The notes under the pieces: generated by a model
What the model was told of the DNA's origin: nothing
The model's database searches: none
The model's input: the letters and a program-made list of their open reading frames with translations, nothing else
Translations under genes and position numbers: made by a program
Shown: positions 1-9,312 of the stretch, one piece after another
How positions within the stretch are numbered: the first letter of the stretch is position 1
Layout of the letters: the number at the start of each line of letters is the position of its first letter
NCBI GenBank assembly: GCA_001821295.1
Contig: MHSK01000017.1
Coordinates: 31 to 64,030 of the forward strand
Length of the DNA: 64,000 bases
Origin: Candidatus Taylorbacteria bacterium RIFCSPLOWO2_12_FULL_43_20
GTDB taxonomy: Bacteria; Patescibacteriota; Minisyncoccia; Phycocordibacterales; HO2-43-120
Direction of reading: 5' to 3'

Positions 1-334
1 TTCAGGAGGAGACCCTCGCATTTCAATAACAGGAGGAACAGCCGGCTCAACGGCAAACGACGGTTTTGCTTTAATAAAGGCAAGCAATAACAATGCCTTT
101 CTGTGGAATTATGAGCTCAGAAACATCATTTTTGGCATTGGACCCAATCCCGCTGCTGATGAAAAAATGAGAATTACTACGACAGGAGTGGGCATAGGAA
201 CAGCCGCGCCTGAAACGAAGCTGGAGGTGGTGGGCGGCCCAATCAAGGCAACCGGAGGACTTATTATTGAGACCAGGAATGACGACCCGGATTCGCCGGA
301 AACGGGAAGAATGTGGTTGAGGACGGATATATAA
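1..334 (+). CDS. 3' end of a fibre-like/surface protein (5'-partial)
   Basis: Frame 2 is open from the window edge to TAA at 332-334: ...KMRITTTGVGIGTAAPETKLEVVGGPIKATGGLIIETRNDDPDSPETGRMWLRTDI*. The GVGIGTxxP-x-KLEV motif is typical of tail-fibre-like repeat proteins. Not in the supplied ORF track. Confidence 0.7.
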   Translation, partial: SGGDPRISITGGTAGSTANDGFALIKASNNNAFLWNYELRNIIFGIGPNPAADEKMRITTTGVGIGTAAPETKLEVVGGPIKATGGLIIETRNDDPDSPETGRMWLRTDI

Positions 335-339
335 ATTAT

Positions 340-1359
340 ATGATGATTAAAAAGACTTTTCTACATATCTTTGCTCCGCTGAGTGTTTTAGAACAATTAA
401 AATATCCGAGGATTTGGACCTTGTTTTTTATTTTAATCATAGGGATATTGATTCCGTCTTCTTCTCTTAAGGCGGAGGAAGCAACTGCTGACATTTACCC
501 ATATTATAAGGTGGATGGACCGGTTTTATTTGATTCAACATCTGCCGTAACTATTTTATGGACTTCAACACAGGTTTCGTCCTGTATTGTAACGAGAAAT
601 ACTGATAATAACCGGTGGACAGGAACTTCAGGTTCTTTATATTATCTTGGTGAGGTGTTGGGCAGTATTACTCCTCGTGTTACCTATACACTAACGTGTA
701 CAACTTTAACTGGTGACACCATACGCGATAGTGCTACAGCAATCCCGGTAAAACAATCTTTTCCCGTTCTTGACGTAAAAGCGTTTCAAAGTGGTGTCGA
801 AAAAGAAGTATTATCCTGGAATAGAGTGCCTGATGCTATAGGTTATAGCGTATATAGAAATGATTATCAAGATAATACTGATGCTTATAGCACCGACCGT
901 AATTGGGAATTGAATGGAACGGTACCTCAACCACCTGAAAGCGACGACAGAGTTCGTTTTGAAGATTCCCTGGTTCCTTATGAATATGTTGATTATAGAA
1001 TTCATCCTATTTACAATGATGGAGAATTGCTTGACGTGAGGAATTCAAAATGTTGCATTTACATAAGCAGAGCAACATCCTTCCCTATAGACATCGGCCT
1101 TAGAGTAAATGAAGGGACACCGGCCAGTCCGAGAGTGGTGGTTATTGCCGCATATCCGGAAGGCGATAGTTCATATGGTGCTCGCACATCGCCCGTTCGC
1201 GTAGCTAAAGACGGCAAGATCTACACTTTGGTAGTGGCGAAACTGGATCACCCGTTAGCGTCTAATGTTTTTATCAAACTGGATGATGGTTCCGTAAAGG
1301 CATTGATGAGGTTAGGTGAACCTGACTTCCGATTTGCAGCACCACCCACTTTTCAATGA
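340..1359 (+). CDS. Secreted/surface hypothetical protein with beta-rich (Ig/FN3-like) region and C-terminal DIGLR...KAL module
   Basis: ORF 313..1359; ATG at 340 is 5 nt after the upstream stop. N-terminal hydrophobic segment; LSWNRVPDAIGYSVYR is FN3-like. Confidence 0.7.
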   Translation: MMIKKTFLHIFAPLSVLEQLKYPRIWTLFFILIIGILIPSSSLKAEEATADIYPYYKVDGPVLFDSTSAVTILWTSTQVSSCIVTRNTDNNRWTGTSGSLYYLGEVLGSITPRVTYTLTCTTLTGDTIRDSATAIPVKQSFPVLDVKAFQSGVEKEVLSWNRVPDAIGYSVYRNDYQDNTDAYSTDRNWELNGTVPQPPESDDRVRFEDSLVPYEYVDYRIHPIYNDGELLDVRNSKCCIYISRATSFPIDIGLRVNEGTPASPRVVVIAAYPEGDSSYGARTSPVRVAKDGKIYTLVVAKLDHPLASNVFIKLDDGSVKALMRLGEPDFRFAAPPTFQ

Positions 1360-1461
1360 CAGATGTGAAAGAATATGGGTATTTTAAGTGGACAAAAGGG
1401 GTGTGCGGAAGTCAGGAAACTGGGTGATGGTTCCGTAAAGGCATTGATGAGGTTAGGTGAA
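1276..1461 (+). repeat. 45-bp direct repeat (1276-1320 and 1417-1461, one mismatch) duplicating the gene's 3' module
   Basis: AAACTGG(A/G)TGATGGTTCCGTAAAGGCATTGATGAGGTTAGGTGAA occurs at both positions; the second copy reads KLGDGSVKALMRLGEAR*. Confidence 0.9.
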
Positions 1462-1571
1462 GCAAGATGAAGTTATCCTCCATAGAATAGTATTTGCATA
1501 CCTAGCACGCACTCAGTCTTTGCTGTTAGGGATACTTGCTATTTTAGGTATATATATTGTATACTATACCT

Positions 1572-2696
1572 ATGAATTACGATAGAACAATATACAATAC
1601 CTTATTAAAAAATATAGGCAAAAAGCCCATCATAATACTTTATGGGGCAAGACAGGTTGGGAAAACAACCCTTATCAAGACAATATTAAGAATTTTTACC
1701 AAAACTCTCTATTTACAAGGAGATGATCCCAAAGATGCTCTACTCCTCCAACATAGGTCTGCGGATGAGCTTTCCGAATTAGTGTCAGGATATGATCTCG
1801 TTGTCATTGACGAAGCTCAGAGAATAGAGGACATAGGAATTTCACTCAAACTGATCGCTGATAATGTCGAAAACGCCAAAGTTATCGCTTCGGGTTCTTC
1901 CTCCTTCGAATTGGCAAACAAGCTGAATGAGCCTCTGACGGGCAGAAACCGAAAGTTCTATCTTTATCCGTTATCAATAGGAGAATTAGTTTTGGCTCAT
2001 GGGAAAATAAATATACAAAAAGAACTTGAAACCTACATGACTTTCGGCATGTACCCGAAAATAGTCTCCGCGGAATCAAGAGAAGAAAAAGCGCTTCTGG
2101 TGAAAGAACTGGCGGGCGATTATTTATTCAAGGATTTATTTATGTTCGGGGATATAAGAAACTTCTTTGCTTTTGAAAAACTCATAAAGCTTCTGGCTCT
2201 TTGTATCGGAAATGAGATTTCTTATTCAGAATTGGCAAAAGAGGTCGGTATAAGCAGAAGTACGGTGTTAAATTATGTAAATTTGCTTGAACAGGCCTTC
2301 ATAATATTTAGGATGACTCCTCTTTACACAAACAAAACTAAGGAAATCAATAAAAGCCACAAAATCTATTTTTTTGACCTGGGTATCAGAAACGCAATTA
2401 TCAATAATACCGATCCTATGGAACTTCGTCTGGATAAAGGCGCAATTTTTGAAAATTTCTTTATCGCAGAAAAGATAAAACAGCGAGAATATTCCGGAAG
2501 AACGAGCGAAATTCATTTTTGGAAAAGCAGAAACGGAGCTGAAGTGGATTTTGTGGAAGTTTCGAGTGGACAAGTCGAAGCATTTGAATGTAAATGGAAA
2601 GAAAAGGTCAACGCGCCAAAGGCCTGGTCGGAAACATACCCAACATCAGTTTTTAAGTCCGTGAACACAGAGAACGTTATTGACTACACTTCTTAG
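1572..2696 (+). CDS. AAA+ ATPase (AAA_14 + DUF4143 type)
   Basis: Walker A GARQVGKT, Walker B VVIDEAQ, GSSS, LTGR, KIYFFDLG, GAIFENF, EVDFV...FECK. Confidence 0.9.
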   Translation: MNYDRTIYNTLLKNIGKKPIIILYGARQVGKTTLIKTILRIFTKTLYLQGDDPKDALLLQHRSADELSELVSGYDLVVIDEAQRIEDIGISLKLIADNVENAKVIASGSSSFELANKLNEPLTGRNRKFYLYPLSIGELVLAHGKINIQKELETYMTFGMYPKIVSAESREEKALLVKELAGDYLFKDLFMFGDIRNFFAFEKLIKLLALCIGNEISYSELAKEVGISRSTVLNYVNLLEQAFIIFRMTPLYTNKTKEINKSHKIYFFDLGIRNAIINNTDPMELRLDKGAIFENFFIAEKIKQREYSGRTSEIHFWKSRNGAEVDFVEVSSGQVEAFECKWKEKVNAPKAWSETYPTSVFKSVNTENVIDYTS

Positions 2697-2766
2697 CTGT
2701 GGAATAACAGGGACAGCCATCATTCTTTTGCCTGCGGTTTACTTGGAGTTTTTGCAACCTAATCTT

Positions 2767-3744
2767 ATGAAGAAAATAATATTTAGTTTGGTAATCATTG
2801 GCTTTTGGATTGTTTCTTATGGCGCCGTTAATTTCGCAAATGCTTCTAATATGATTGAAGTTTGTAGACTTAATGGCCAGGTGGTTAAAATCACCGATGA
2901 TTATGTTTTTCTTGAAATAAAAAAAGCGTCATATGATGATCCTTTATCATTGGGTGGAGAATATTTTGAAGAATGTAAGAATATAATGAGAAGTGGAGCT
3001 TTGTATCGTTTTTCCACACGAATAAATGAATCCGGCAATTCGTTCTTTAGAGGGGATTTTCGCAATAGTTCTGTCGGTCAATCTATCGTAATTACAAAAG
3101 ATATTGGGAATGCCATGGGTCCTGAAGGAGAGGTCAACTGGGAACAGTGGGTATTGAGGAGAATCGGAAATGTGGAGGGAATCAGATATATAGAACTTGA
3201 AAAAGATACTGGTTCAGAAATCTCAGCAGAACCGGTTTATACGAATGATCCTTTAGTTAAAAATATTTTAAGTGATTCTCTAGTTGAAAACCGCACATAC
3301 ACCATTGCAAAACTGAACAAAAATACCTCCATAGCCCCGAGAAAGTTTTTCACGGAGGCGTATGTTTCGTATATTTACATATGCCCACCGTGTGGCGGAG
3401 AAGCATTATGTATGCCGTGTCTCGACAATTCCTTTATCATTCTTTCGGAAGACTTTGGTTTTAAATATTCACCGGGAAGTGCTTTAGACAAGGAAATATT
3501 AGTTTACACTAAATCTCTTGATTCTGAAAAGCTTGTGGAAGACCAAAAATATCGTTTTGAAGTTTCAATTCAAAATACTAGCAACACAAATGTTCCCCAA
3601 AACGAATTCACACTGATTTCGGTGAAAAATATTGACGGTAGTGTTGTTGCCCCTGAAACTACAGCTCCGCCAATTACCGATCAACCACCAAAGAAATCTT
3701 TCTTTGGTCGCATCTGGAACTGGTTTGCGAGATTGTTTGAGTAA
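2767..3744 (+). CDS. Secreted hypothetical protein with CPPC...CMPC motif and amphipathic C-terminus
   Basis: Signal peptide MKKIIFSLVIIG...; YICPPCGGEALCMPC; ends SFFGRIWNWFARLFE. Confidence 0.7.
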   Translation: MKKIIFSLVIIGFWIVSYGAVNFANASNMIEVCRLNGQVVKITDDYVFLEIKKASYDDPLSLGGEYFEECKNIMRSGALYRFSTRINESGNSFFRGDFRNSSVGQSIVITKDIGNAMGPEGEVNWEQWVLRRIGNVEGIRYIELEKDTGSEISAEPVYTNDPLVKNILSDSLVENRTYTIAKLNKNTSIAPRKFFTEAYVSYIYICPPCGGEALCMPCLDNSFIILSEDFGFKYSPGSALDKEILVYTKSLDSEKLVEDQKYRFEVSIQNTSNTNVPQNEFTLISVKNIDGSVVAPETTAPPITDQPPKKSFFGRIWNWFARLFE

Positions 3745-3756
3745 TAGAGGAAGTAC

Positions 3757-3868
3757 AGATGGCAAGATCTACGCTTTGGTGCTGGTAGAGCCGAATGATC
3801 CGAACGCGTCAGACGTCATTCTCAAACTCGGCGATGGGTCGCTCAAGGCGTTGAGGAAGTATCCTTAA
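3757..3868 (+). pseudogene. Orphan 3' fragment homologous to the C-terminal module of 340..1359
   Basis: DGKIYALVLVEPNDPNASDVILKLGDGSLKALRKYP* aligns with DGKIYTLVVAKLDHPLASNVFIKLDDGSVKALMRLG. 3757-3780 matches 1209-1232 at 22/24 nt. Confidence 0.8.
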
Positions 3869-3889
3869 TAGGACTTCCCTTTTGATGTG

Positions 3890-3947
3890 ATTCCCGCTTT
3901 CCCCCCTTCGCTCTAAGAAGAGCTACTGGAGGGCGCAGCGCGGGAAT
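3890..3947. repeat. ATTCCC-N8-GGGAAT hairpin interrupted by a 38-bp hairpin insert (family D, 3901-3938)
   Basis: ATTCCCGCTTT[CCCCCCTTCGCTCTAAGAAGAGCTACTGGAGGGCGCAG]CGCGGGAAT. Confidence 0.8.
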
Positions 3948-4022
3948 GATAGATGAGAAATGATTTGAATAAGCAGAAAAAAAACCGCTCGCTGGGAACG
4001 GTTGTGAAAACGCAAATTGAGA

Positions 4023-4895
4023 CTATTCCGAAGACCTGGCAACAACTGATAGCCATAAACGGGGAATGAATTTATTTTCAAGACCCACGGCGTATTTTTC
4101 AAAAATCCGCTTTACGGACGCCTGCAGCGCGTCGGCCGCGTCCTCTTTGCCAAAGCCATGCAACGCTCCGCTAGCGTAATCGTAATACCCGCAAATATCA
4201 AGCCAGAATTGAAGATCGGTCTCCACCAGAGTTTCTTTGACGGCAATAATATCAAAGCCCGAGTTTCTTGCCGTGTCAGTATAATGCTCTATGGGTAGAA
4301 AAGAGCTCGCTTCAGGTTTGTGTTTGTCTTTATCTCTCACCACTCCTTTGTCCTTGAGAATCTGCATGGCAACTTTTACTTTTTCCTTGTAGAAAGCCAT
4401 GGTTTCCTCCGGCCGCGAATTTCCATAGAATGTCGTGTTGAAACAGAACCACCCCCCTGGACGAAGAATATTCTTAATTCCCTTCATCGTGTCAAGCTGA
4501 GACTCGGGAGTCATGTAATGTATAGCATTGCCGCAAACCGCAACATCTATTACTTCACTTACGTTTAATTCGCTGGATAGCTTGTCCGCTTCCGAACGGA
4601 TAAAGCGCATTTGTGAAGAAGACTGCCCCACGTTGTCTTTGGCTTGTTGGATGACATCCTCCGACGCATCTGCACAAATCCACTTGGGCTGCCACGTGGC
4701 AGGCATTTTTCTTTGAAACGACTGGACCATTGTGCCTGTCCCAGACGCTATATCCAAAACGCAGGAAACGCGTAGTGTCCCATGTTTTACCATGATATCC
4801 AGCCAATCTTTCACGTTTTGTTCGTTGATATCAACATATTTGGGGTTTCTCGCAAATACCTCAAATGTTCCACTGTTTTTTTGCTCGTTTTGCAT
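4023..4895 (-). CDS. Class I SAM-dependent methyltransferase
   Basis: VLDIASGTG motif I, CADAS, NAIHY, LRPGG. Confidence 0.85.
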   Translation of the reverse strand: MQNEQKNSGTFEVFARNPKYVDINEQNVKDWLDIMVKHGTLRVSCVLDIASGTGTMVQSFQRKMPATWQPKWICADASEDVIQQAKDNVGQSSSQMRFIRSEADKLSSELNVSEVIDVAVCGNAIHYMTPESQLDTMKGIKNILRPGGWFCFNTTFYGNSRPEETMAFYKEKVKVAMQILKDKGVVRDKDKHKPEASSFLPIEHYTDTARNSGFDIIAVKETLVETDLQFWLDICGYYDYASGALHGFGKEDAADALQASVKRIFEKYAVGLENKFIPRLWLSVVARSSE

Positions 4896-4997
4896 TTTAT
4901 TTTTTTGTTAAGTTGCTCCCAAGCGAAACTATATCACAATTGAATGAAAAGAAATCAACTGGTATGGAGTGGGGTTATTGAAATTTTGACTTTCATT

Positions 4998-5025
4998 TTG
5001 ACTTTCATATTCTCTATGCTATTCT
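4998..5025 (+). promoter_or_regulatory. Sigma70-type promoter of secG, probably leaderless
   Basis: TTGACT (4998) and TG-c-TATTCT (5020-5025) ending 6 nt before the ATG at 5032. Confidence 0.55.
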
Positions 5026-5031
5026 AATGTT

Positions 5032-5262
5032 ATGAACACATTTTCCGCGGTATTGCCATATATTCAGATCGCCTTATCAATTCTTCTCATTATTGGAATA
5101 TTACTCCAGCAATCAAGCGCCGGTTTAGGCGGCGCATTCGGTGAGGGCAACAATTTTAGCGGTTTCAACACCAAAAGAGGATTTGAAAGAACTTTATTCA
5201 TTGCAACAATAATATTGGCTGTTCTATTCGGCGCAAGCGCGTTTATCGCACTTATTATTTAA
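5032..5262 (+). CDS. secG: Preprotein translocase subunit SecG
   Basis: Two TM helices, ILLQ...GLGGAFG, KRGFERTL. Confidence 0.93.
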   Translation: MNTFSAVLPYIQIALSILLIIGILLQQSSAGLGGAFGEGNNFSGFNTKRGFERTLFIATIILAVLFGASAFIALII

Positions 5263-5343
5263 ATTATCTAATTAATTTATTCTTCGAAACTTTTGCCGGA
5301 AATACAGGTCAGTTTTTTCAATTGCCCGAGCAAACATGAGTAA

Positions 5344-5526
5344 GAGCCTATCTCAATCTAACCGTAAAATATGAAGAAAAATCACTACTTGCCTGCCGAA
5401 ATGTCCAAAATTCTGCTGCAAATTGCGTATTTCTCGTCAGCGTACCTCGGTATGCTTCCTCAAAATCCGCAATTTTCGCAAAGAATTTTGAACATTTCAG
5501 TTAGCCATTAGATTGTAGATAGCCTC
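5344..5526. mobile_element. 183-bp MITE-like element, family B, with TAA target duplication
   Basis: TIRs GAGCCTATC..AATCTAA / TTAGATT..GATAGCCTC with TAA on both flanks; near-identical interior to 29088-29270. Confidence 0.8.
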
Positions 5527-5536
5527 TAAAGCATTT

Positions 5537-7267
5537 ATGGATTTAAACAGAAGGATCTTTGGAACCCGCCGTACCGGCTTTTCCGAGCATATAGTCTCGC
5601 GTTTTTCTCTTACTGAAAGAGTTATTTTTTATATCTGCGCCATAACCATAACCATAAGCTCTATTGTGCTGTTGTGGGGGGTAAATAATAACTTTCTGGT
5701 TCCTGTGCCCGCCAGAGGCGGTACGCTTGTTGAAGGCATTGTAGGATACCCGAGGTTTATAAACCCGATTTTATATTATTCATCAGCCGGTGACGACCTT
5801 GAAAAATTGATCTATTCGGGATTAGTGAAATCCATGCCAGACGGAACGCTGGTACCGGATTTGGCCAAGTCGTACGACATATCAGAGGACGAGCTCACAT
5901 ATACCTTCGTCTTGAAAGACAACGTCAAATTCCACGACGGCGAGCCGGTCACCGCCGAGGATGTTGAATTCACAATCAAAAGAGCGGCTGATCCTGGCAT
6001 AAAAAGCCCAGAACGTGTAAAATGGGAAGGTGTGAATGTTGAGATAGTTGATCCTAAAACGATAAGATTTACCCTGAAAAATCCTTATACTCCTTTTCTT
6101 GAGAACGCAACTCTTGGAATTTTGCCCAAACATATCTGGAAAAACGCCGATATTGAGCAATTTACGTTCAGTAAATTCAACGCCGAGCCCATTGGCACGG
6201 GTCCGTACTTCATTGACATTATCAAAAGAGACGTTGAGGGAATACCCCGGTATTACGAATTGAGATCATTCAAGGACTACGCTCTCGGCGAGCCAATGAT
6301 AGAAAAAATAGTAGTTAAATTTTATCCTACCGAAACAGCTGTGATTGAGGCGTATAATAAGGGCGAAGTTGAGAGCATCAACGCGGTGTCCGGCAAAAAT
6401 GTAGCGGATTTTGCCTCTGTGAATGGAGAGGTCAACAAAACTCCTTTGCCGAGAGTTTTCGGAGTATTCTTCAACCAGAATCAGCAAAAAATTCTTTCAA
6501 ACAAGGAAGTCAGAGAGGCGCTCAGAATGAGCGTAAACAAAAAAGAAATAATTGATACTGTGCTCCACGGTTACGGAACTCGGATTGCCGGTCCTTTGCC
6601 GCCCGGTTTCCCTCTTGTAACAGACGACGATGAGGATCGCGCCGAGGCGGATATTGATGGCGCCAGAGAGCTTCTTTCATCCAACGGGTGGACGCTTGAC
6701 GAGAACGGTTTCTTTGAAAAAAAATCCAAAACAGATTCAACTGCTTTGAAATTTACAATCTCAACATCCGATACTCCGGAACTTTCAGCCACGGCAAACC
6801 TGCTCAAGGAACAGTGGAGAAAGATCGGCGCGGACGTTGATGTAAAAGTGTTTGAATCGGGTGATTTCAACCAATCAGTGCTGAGGCCGAGAAAGTACGA
6901 TGCGCTCCTGTTTGGTGAAATCATAGGACGAGATCTGGATCTTTACGCTTTTTGGCATTCCGGAGAACGCAACGATCCCGGCTTAAACATAGCCATGTAT
7001 GCCAACACATCAGTTGACAAAGCGCTCTCATCAATTCGCTCCACATCTCTTGCCGATGAGAGGGCCGAACAATTATTAATTATTCAAAAAGAAATCAAAG
7101 AGGATATTCCCGCCATATTCATATACTCACCCGACTATATTTACGTTCTCCCTAAAAAAATCAAAAATTTCAAAATGGGAAAACTTATGGGACCATCAGA
7201 GAGATTCGCTTCTGTCAGTGACTGGTATATTAACGAGGATAAAGTCTGGAACATATTCGCAAAATAA
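5537..7267 (+). CDS. Peptide ABC transporter substrate-binding protein (family 5), membrane-anchored
   Basis: GGTLVEG, PDLAKSY, FHDGEPVTAEDVEFT, PIGTGPY. Confidence 0.92.
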   Translation: MDLNRRIFGTRRTGFSEHIVSRFSLTERVIFYICAITITISSIVLLWGVNNNFLVPVPARGGTLVEGIVGYPRFINPILYYSSAGDDLEKLIYSGLVKSMPDGTLVPDLAKSYDISEDELTYTFVLKDNVKFHDGEPVTAEDVEFTIKRAADPGIKSPERVKWEGVNVEIVDPKTIRFTLKNPYTPFLENATLGILPKHIWKNADIEQFTFSKFNAEPIGTGPYFIDIIKRDVEGIPRYYELRSFKDYALGEPMIEKIVVKFYPTETAVIEAYNKGEVESINAVSGKNVADFASVNGEVNKTPLPRVFGVFFNQNQQKILSNKEVREALRMSVNKKEIIDTVLHGYGTRIAGPLPPGFPLVTDDDEDRAEADIDGARELLSSNGWTLDENGFFEKKSKTDSTALKFTISTSDTPELSATANLLKEQWRKIGADVDVKVFESGDFNQSVLRPRKYDALLFGEIIGRDLDLYAFWHSGERNDPGLNIAMYANTSVDKALSSIRSTSLADERAEQLLIIQKEIKEDIPAIFIYSPDYIYVLPKKIKNFKMGKLMGPSERFASVSDWYINEDKVWNIFAK

Positions 7268-7275
7268 AATTAACT

Positions 7276-7401
7276 TAGGACTTACGCAGTTGGATGCAGT
7301 TCGAGGCGCAAGCGAGTATTGCGACCAAAATGTATGGACTTATACATTGCGGGAGCAAACGGAGCTTGCAACGAAGAAATGCGCCGACTGCGTAAGTCAT
7401 A
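7276..7401. mobile_element. MITE-like element, TIR-1 family (TAGGACTTACG ends), 5-bp TSD TAACT
   Basis: TAGGACTTACGCAGT...ACTGCGTAAGTCATA; TAACT at 7271-7275 and 7402-7406; close copy at 25779-25902. Confidence 0.8.
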
Positions 7402-7406
7402 TAACT

Positions 7407-9290
7407 ATGGAAAAAAATTATATAAGTAGAGAGAGAAGCTCAGGGAACGCTGATAGAAACCGCGCCCCGAGACGAGGACGGCCTGCCCAAAAACGAAGTT
7501 CGGTGTTTGGAGCGGGTGCGGGCATGAGAAAGGACGGAATGAGCGCAGATAGAAAGTATCCGCGACCCCGCTCGAACATGCGGCATAACGATGATGACAT
7601 CATTCCTCCCGCCGGCGATGCCATAAGAATCGTGCCGCTTGGCGGCGTGGAAGAGGTGGGTAAAAACATGACCGTCGTTGAGTATAAGGACGACATTATC
7701 ATCCTTGACGCTGGGTTCCAGTTTAAGGAGGAGGCCACGCCGGGGATAGACTATATATTGCCCAACACCAAATACTTGGAGGAACGGAAGCATAAAATAA
7801 AAGCACTCATAATCACACACGGCCACTTGGATCACGTGGGCGGCATTCCATACATTATGGATAGAATAGGAAACCCTCCAATATTCACCAGAAACCTTAC
7901 GTCAATAATGATCCGTAAAAGACAGACGGAGTTCCCTCACCTCCCCGAACTGAATTTGAAAGTGGTTGAAAAGAAGGACAGAATAAAAATCGGCAATTTG
8001 TACGTGAGGTTTTTCTCGGTTACTCATACTATTCCCGACTCTATGGGTGTCATTATAGAAACGCCTTACGGCAATATAGTCAATCCGGGTGATTTCAAAT
8101 TGGATCACGTTGAAGGAGTGCCGACCGAAGAAGAGGCGGAGGAATACGGTATTTTTGAAAAGGAAAAAACGCTCTTTTTCATGACTGACTCCACCAATGT
8201 GGAAAACCCCGGCTTTTCCACGCCGGAAAGAATCGTCCACAAAAATCTGGACGATATTATCAAGAACATCAAAGGCCGCTTGATAATCGGTACCTTCGCT
8301 TCTCAACTGGAACGAATGATAAAAATTATAGAAATCGCTGAAAAATACAACAAAAAAATCGTCGTTGAGGGAAGGAGTATGAAGAATAACATTGAGATCG
8401 CCATCCAAGCCGGAATATTGAAGACAAAGAAAGATACGATCATCGGCTCTGAGCGCGCGGAGGAATTTCCACCTGATAGAATTATCGTTCTCGCCACGGG
8501 AGCGCAAGGAGAAGAATTTGCCGCGCTTATGAGAATTTCAACGCAGGGTCATAAACACATCAAATTTACCAAGAGAGACACGGTCCTCTTGTCGTCATCA
8601 ATTATTCCAGGCAATGAAAAAACAGTTCAAAAACTTAAAGACAATATTTCAAGGCAGGGCGCTAAGATAATTCACTACAGAACATCTGACGTTTACATAC
8701 ACTCCACCGGTCACGGCAACCGAGGCGAGATAGAATGGCTGCATAAAAAAGTCCGGCCGAAATTCTTCATGCCCATCCACGGCAATCATTATATGCTCCG
8801 GCTTCACGCCGAATTGGCGACTCATCTAGGCATGCCCGAACAGAATATAATCGTGCCGGATAACGGAACAATTGTGGAAATTAGGGACAAGGGTGAAAAA
8901 ATGATCCGCCTGGACGTCAAAGCGCCTTCCGGAATAGTTATGGTGGACGGCTTCGCGATCGGAGACATACAAGAAGTGGTTATTCGCGATCGACAAATGC
9001 TCGCGCAAGACGGCATGTTTGTAATTGTAGCGACAATTGACGCTTCCACAGGCCGTCTGAAGAAGTCTCCTGATCTAATATCAAGAGGTTTTGTGTATTT
9101 GAGAGAATCCCAAGAATTGCTGCGACAAGCCAGATTCGTCATAAAAAAAACAGTGGAAGAATCGACGGAGGGTCTGAACCCGATAAATTTTGATTACGTG
9201 AAATCAAACTTAACAGATGCTGTCAGTAAATTTTTGTTTCAGAAAACCGCAAAACGTCCGATTGTAATACCGGTGCTTTTAGCAGTGTAA
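7407..9290 (+). CDS. rnj: Ribonuclease J
   Basis: PLGGVEEVGKN, THGHLDHVG, HSTGHG, PIHG and KRP C-terminus. Start moved to ATG 7407 because the upstream in-frame stretch lies in a repeat. Confidence 0.95.
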   Translation: MEKNYISRERSSGNADRNRAPRRGRPAQKRSSVFGAGAGMRKDGMSADRKYPRPRSNMRHNDDDIIPPAGDAIRIVPLGGVEEVGKNMTVVEYKDDIIILDAGFQFKEEATPGIDYILPNTKYLEERKHKIKALIITHGHLDHVGGIPYIMDRIGNPPIFTRNLTSIMIRKRQTEFPHLPELNLKVVEKKDRIKIGNLYVRFFSVTHTIPDSMGVIIETPYGNIVNPGDFKLDHVEGVPTEEEAEEYGIFEKEKTLFFMTDSTNVENPGFSTPERIVHKNLDDIIKNIKGRLIIGTFASQLERMIKIIEIAEKYNKKIVVEGRSMKNNIEIAIQAGILKTKKDTIIGSERAEEFPPDRIIVLATGAQGEEFAALMRISTQGHKHIKFTKRDTVLLSSSIIPGNEKTVQKLKDNISRQGAKIIHYRTSDVYIHSTGHGNRGEIEWLHKKVRPKFFMPIHGNHYMLRLHAELATHLGMPEQNIIVPDNGTIVEIRDKGEKMIRLDVKAPSGIVMVDGFAIGDIQEVVIRDRQMLAQDGMFVIVATIDASTGRLKKSPDLISRGFVYLRESQELLRQARFVIKKTVEESTEGLNPINFDYVKSNLTDAVSKFLFQKTAKRPIVIPVLLAV

Positions 9291-9312
9291 TGACTATCGG
9301 CTATATTTAGCA

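Noticed and set aside
1276-1461. 45-bp repeat as a DGR TR/VR pair
   Set aside because: Only one difference, too short, and no reverse transcriptase or Avd gene in the window.
7218-7406. N-terminal extensions of rnj, lepB, ftsZ and the 18328 pilin in the ORF track
   Set aside because: The upstream in-frame stretches run through MITEs; downstream ATGs are more plausible.
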